Source: a virus. From it: a stretch of DNA of 64,000 nt. The notes beneath the pieces are model-generated. The model was not told where the DNA came from. It saw only the letters and a program-made list of their open reading frames with translations, and did no database searches. The position numbers were made by a program, and so were the translations under genes. The DNA is taken from IMG/VR virus record IMGVR_UViG_3300032223_002784, positions 27,985 to 91,984 of that record; one strand, 5' to 3'. Positions 60,675 through 64,000 of the stretch are shown piece after piece; the stretch's first letter is position 1, and every line of letters begins with the position of its first letter.

Positions 60675-61156
60675 TGGATTTTCTACCCATAGTCAACAAT
60701 AGGTCTTGCGGAACTTGTACAAAGTGCTGTGAGGGCTATTTAAAGGCCGATATCAAGGGAAAGATGATGGGTATAGACGATGACGGTAAAGTGGTTCCAT
60801 GTCAATTTGTCAAAATAGGAGAAGGATGCGGGTCTTATGCAGATAGGCCTATTAGCCCATGTCAGATATTTAAGTGCGACTGGCTCACAAATGAGCAAAT
60901 GCCAGAAACATTCAAACCTTCAATAAGTAATTCTATATTCTCTACTCGTACAATAAGAGGAGTAGAGTACACCATGCTCATTGAGGCGGGACGGAAACTG
61001 GATGCAGAAGTTCTGTCTTGGGCCATATCATATCATCTGGAAAATGGATCAAACTTTGCCTGGAGGGTCTTAGGCAACATATTCTGGATAGGCTCAGAAG
61101 AATTTAATAAAATGATGGATGAAGACTATCCGCTTTTAGAGCCATCACATGGTTAA
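60674..61156 (+). CDS. CxxCxxCC (YkgJ-like) metal-cluster protein
   Basis: CGTCTKCC...C...C..Y.DRP..C..F.C. Confidence 0.75.
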   Translation: MDFLPIVNNRSCGTCTKCCEGYLKADIKGKMMGIDDDGKVVPCQFVKIGEGCGSYADRPISPCQIFKCDWLTNEQMPETFKPSISNSIFSTRTIRGVEYTMLIEAGRKLDAEVLSWAISYHLENGSNFAWRVLGNIFWIGSEEFNKMMDEDYPLLEPSHG

Positions 61157-61391
61157 AGTCTGGATAGAAAGAGCCTATATAGAGCCACATGACCCAAATG
61201 AAGACAATTTTAGTATAACGATCCACCTTGACAATATCTTGGTAGGTAAGGTAACATTAGATAATCCCAAATCTTGGCTGTATACTATTAGTAATGAAGA
61301 TGGTGATTTGGTTATAAACAATTCGGCGGGGATGGAAGCCAAAAAGTGGGATCATATTACTAAAGAAATACTAGGAGAGATAGATGAGTGA
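61149..61391 (+). CDS. Hypothetical protein
   Basis: Coupled ORF. Confidence 0.6.
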   Translation: MVKVWIERAYIEPHDPNEDNFSITIHLDNILVGKVTLDNPKSWLYTISNEDGDLVINNSAGMEAKKWDHITKEILGEIDE

Positions 61392-61668
61392 ACTAAAGGA
61401 TCCAAATAAGCCAGAAGGAACATATATGGCTATAATGGAGAATATGCGTGAACTTCTAGGTGCTATATATATCCAAGAGATGCGTAACTATGATATGTTA
61501 AGTATTATTGCAGATAAGCTAGGTGCGGATGCTAAGGGACTTAGCCAATTGCACACGCAAGGAGAAGTCCTTGCTCCTCCCGCCTCTTTTATATTTGAAG
61601 AAGAACAGTCAGCTGAAGCTGACCTACAAGACTCTTTGCTTCAGGAAGATATGACAAATGAGAATTAG
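61384..61668 (+). CDS. Hypothetical acidic protein
   Basis: Coupled ORF with GGAG RBS. Confidence 0.65.
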   Translation: MSELKDPNKPEGTYMAIMENMRELLGAIYIQEMRNYDMLSIIADKLGADAKGLSQLHTQGEVLAPPASFIFEEEQSAEADLQDSLLQEDMTNEN

Positions 61669-62437
61669 TGATATTGTAAGCGATATGTATTATGGTCCTG
61701 TTGAAGACTCATATGGTATTCATACCAACAAGTATATTTTTTTTATTCCTAAGTCTGGTTTTGCACATCTTAAAAAAGGTTTAGAAGCACATTATATCCA
61801 AACAGAGTATCTCCTTGAATGTACTGATGAAGAATTGTCTGAATTAGGCAAACAAAGACCTAGGAGATCTTCTCTAGAGGAAGTTAACTATCAGATAGAG
61901 AGAAAAGAGTTTGATCTAGCTCATATAAAGGCTAGTAATCTTATTTCTAGACTCCCCGTCTTTTCACAATCAAGAAATCGCAATGGAAAACAACATATTG
62001 CTGATAAAAGATGGAGAGATGCTCTTAAAAATGAAAATCCAAAGGTTTTATCTCTAATTGAATACTACAAATATGAAGAAAATTTTATAAAAGCTACTTT
62101 TCCTGATGTAGAATGGACAAAAGGCACATTTGCTATCTCTCCATGCCATATTTATCCTGCTAAAAAGGATAGAGGAGAAGATTCTTGGACTCCCGACAAA
62201 ATTTTAAGAGATTTAAGCCTTGTAAATAAATGTTTTGATAAAATTTCAGCTTCTCCACTAAATGGAAAGCATGCTGTATCTATAGAAGATGCAAATATTG
62301 CTCTTGATTATCTTGATCTATTTGATTTTAATGATCTTTCTGTATCCCGCCAAGCTTTGTATCTAATTTTATCTAATAGAGTCGTTGATGGCTTCTATGA
62401 AAACTTTGATTTTACAGATATTGATCTAGGAATTTAA
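61658..62437 (+). CDS. Hypothetical protein
   Basis: 259-aa ORF, no recognised motif. Confidence 0.7.
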   Translation: MRISDIVSDMYYGPVEDSYGIHTNKYIFFIPKSGFAHLKKGLEAHYIQTEYLLECTDEELSELGKQRPRRSSLEEVNYQIERKEFDLAHIKASNLISRLPVFSQSRNRNGKQHIADKRWRDALKNENPKVLSLIEYYKYEENFIKATFPDVEWTKGTFAISPCHIYPAKKDRGEDSWTPDKILRDLSLVNKCFDKISASPLNGKHAVSIEDANIALDYLDLFDFNDLSVSRQALYLILSNRVVDGFYENFDFTDIDLGI

Positions 62438-62568
62438 AAATATAATTCTTTTTCTTCATACAATTTTATTTTCAGCTCTTTTGCGTGTAATCCACAATAT
62501 CTAAACACTCCATATATACAATGGATTGTTTCCAGATGTTCCCGCCAACATTTATCACAAGATTGCAT
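62434..62568 (-). CDS. 44-aa leaderless Cys/His (zinc-finger-like) protein, not in ORF track
   Basis: MQSCDKCWREHLETIHCIYGVFRYCGLHAKELKIKLYEEKELYF; TGCTACAAT ends 7 nt before the ATG. Confidence 0.55.
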   Translation of the reverse strand: MQSCDKCWREHLETIHCIYGVFRYCGLHAKELKIKLYEEKELYF

Positions 62569-62604
62569 ATCATTATTGTAGCATTTCTGCCGCTGATCTT
62601 ATAA

Positions 62605-62620
62605 TGTGACGTGCGTCACA
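62605..62620. promoter_or_regulatory. Perfect CRP-type box
   Basis: TGTGA-cgtgcg-TCACA. Confidence 0.7.
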
Positions 62621-62744
62621 CTAATTTCAAATTGATCAAAATGTTAATGGCCAATTATTTTGTATGATACACTTTTTGAAAAGGCATTCCAAAATTTTAT
62701 AGTGCGCCCGAAATGTCCGTTTTGATACCATTCCACGCTCATAA

Positions 62745-62843
62745 TGTGGTCTATATCACATAAAAAAGGCTGTTTTGGGCTTGACTTTTGTCTATTCGTT
62801 CTGTTATACTTACAGTATTGAAAGTTGATAAAGGTTATCAACT
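62745..62843 (+). promoter_or_regulatory. Composite early promoter 1
   Basis: TGTGG-N6-TCACA; TTGACT-18-TATACT; TGTCTA-N10-TATACT; leader hairpin. Confidence 0.75.
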
Positions 62844-62866
62844 AGAATAAAAGAAAGGTTCATAAA

Positions 62867-63079
62867 ATGAACACTATATATAATGAAATTAAAGATGAGT
62901 TTGGTGTAGAGGCTACTAGTGCCTACTATAAGACTCCCGTTCTACCTGTGCGTATCGCACAGCGTATAAATAATAAATACCCTAGCGAAATGGGTTCATC
63001 TCGTTTCACTACTACTCTAAATCCAAAGGCTGTGCTTATCGCTAAGCGATACATGAGCCTAGTAATGGGTGTCAAGTAA
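62867..63079 (+). CDS. Small early hypothetical protein
   Basis: GAAAGG RBS after promoter 1. Confidence 0.7.
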   Translation: MNTIYNEIKDEFGVEATSAYYKTPVLPVRIAQRINNKYPSEMGSSRFTTTLNPKAVLIAKRYMSLVMGVK

Positions 63080-63189
63080 TGACTATCCTTACCTATATCC
63101 TTCGTACTATCATGGTGCTATCTATAGTGCCACTCTCTCTACTTATGTATGCTATGTATCAAGATGTAAAGACATGGGGTAATGAATAA
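63079..63189 (+). CDS. 36-aa single-pass membrane peptide
   Basis: MTILTYILRTIMVLSIVPLSLLMYAMYQDVKTWGNE; TAATG coupling at both ends. Confidence 0.6.
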   Translation: MTILTYILRTIMVLSIVPLSLLMYAMYQDVKTWGNE

Positions 63190-63359
63190 TGAAAAGACTT
63201 ATAGTTATAGTGATGATAGCACTACTCATCCCTACCCCCGCCTATGCTAAGACATACCATACACCTAAGCACACAGTGCAACACTATGGATATACAGTGC
63301 ACAGATCTACACATATATATTGCCCATATACTGGTTGCAAGAAATCACTAAAACAATAA
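63189..63359 (+). CDS. 56-aa secreted peptide
   Basis: MKRLIVIVMIALLIPTPAYA|KTYHTPKHTVQHYGYTVHRSTHIYCPYTGCKKSLKQ. Confidence 0.6.
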   Translation: MKRLIVIVMIALLIPTPAYAKTYHTPKHTVQHYGYTVHRSTHIYCPYTGCKKSLKQ

Positions 63360-63366
63360 TAACGCA

Positions 63367-63397
63367 GGGCGTGTCTACTTGACATGCCCAGCTTTTT
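63367..63397 (+). terminator. Intrinsic terminator
   Basis: gggcgtgtc-tactt-gacatgccc followed by agcttttt. Confidence 0.7.
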
Positions 63398-63423
63398 GTG
63401 TCGGCGCACTCGGGCGTGTCGCA

Positions 63424-63541
63424 TGTGACTAAGAACACATACGCTGAGCGTCTCAGTATTTGGAATTACTGGCTAGTAAGTTGAAATTTGTCAGTACCCT
63501 ATGCTATAATTCCATTATAAGAAATTGACAAAGGTTGTCAA
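63424..63541 (+). promoter_or_regulatory. Composite early promoter 2
   Basis: TGTGA-N6-ACACA; TTGAAA-18-TATAAT; TGTCAG-N10-TATAAT; leader hairpin. Confidence 0.8.
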
Positions 63542-63566
63542 AGATTTATAAAGAAAGGAATTCAAA

Positions 63567-63779
63567 ATGAATTCACTAAATGAAATAACAGTAGTAGTAG
63601 AACCTACTCACCCTATGGCTAGTAGCAATACTAAGTCCCCTTTCCTATTCCGCCTTTCTAATGGTAACTACATTAGCCGTATGGCGTATGTCTATCTTGT
63701 AGCCTCTGAGGGTCTTATCTCTCACCGCTATCTTTCCCCTAATGAAAGTAAGTGGGTATTTGAACAGCGTGTGGCGTAA
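63567..63779 (+). CDS. Small early hypothetical protein
   Basis: GAAAGGA RBS. Confidence 0.7.
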   Translation: MNSLNEITVVVEPTHPMASSNTKSPFLFRLSNGNYISRMAYVYLVASEGLISHRYLSPNESKWVFEQRVA

Positions 63780-63836
63780 GTCACACCGCCCAACACGGCG
63801 TGTCGTGTTGATAATGTCAGACCCCTATGCTACAAT
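63770..63836 (+). promoter_or_regulatory. Composite early promoter 3
   Basis: TGTGG-N6-TCACA; TTGATA-17-TACAAT; TGTCAG-N10-TACAAT. Confidence 0.8.
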
Positions 63837-63869
63837 TCCACTATAAAGAAAAAGAAAAGAGAATTATAA

Positions 63870-64000
63870 ATGACTTACAGTTTTGATACAAAAACAGACC
63901 GCTGGGCTGAACTAGCAGACGAATACCAATCTATGTTAGATGAACTAAAGGAACTAGATACTGAAAGCGTATTTATTCCAACCGCAGATTTTGACGAGGA
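63870..64000 (+). CDS. Small acidic early protein, runs off right edge
   Basis: MTYSFDTKTDRWAELADEYQSMLDELKELDTESVFIPTADFDE... Confidence 0.6.
   Translation, partial: MTYSFDTKTDRWAELADEYQSMLDELKELDTESVFIPTADFDE

Noticed and set aside
62644-62841. 65-aa minus-strand ORF
   Set aside because: Overlaps promoter 1 antisense and has no RBS or motif; probably spurious
63399-63420. TGTCGG as a fourth PafBC-type promoter
   Set aside because: No TAnnnT at the 10-nt spacing
62600-64000. CRISPR array or tRNA in the repeat-rich end region
   Set aside because: Repeats are degenerate promoter/operator elements separated by ORFs; no constant repeat-spacer period and no cloverleaf seen
1-64000. Stop-codon reassignment
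   Set aside because: Standard code gives full-length genes and dense coding; TAA, TAG and TGA all end genes

Overview
AT-rich segment of a large siphovirus genome. An actinobacterial host is inferred from gene order and promoter motifs; it cannot be shown from the sequence alone. The minus strand (1-57939) carries, in window order: a replication module (DnaE-type polymerase running off the left edge, SSB, primase, DnaB-like helicase); a metallophosphoesterase, an HNH nuclease and two glycosyltransferases; very large tail/fibre proteins, tape measure, frameshifted tail chaperones, major tail, head-tail and capsid genes, protease, endolysin and portal; a 12-kb block of fibre/decoration genes; a class II RNR; and a GT4. 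The plus strand (58.0-62.4 kb) carries cell-wall hydrolases, ThyX and small genes, followed by an early-type region of tiny ORFs behind repeated composite promoters. The two main leads are (1) a GT60-like polypeptide GlcNAc-transferase plus a second GT-A enzyme next to a virion protein with a mucin-like T15-AAP-T13-AAP-T5-AAP tract, a candidate virion O-glycosylation system, and (2) early promoters combining the PafBC/RecA-NDp element (TGTCRG-N10-TAnnnT) with phased CRP boxes. Also noted: a polarised CCCGC motif and an AT-rich origin-like tract inside a gene. No terminase, integrase, tRNA or CRISPR array was seen. All calls come from reading motifs by eye; no searches were run.
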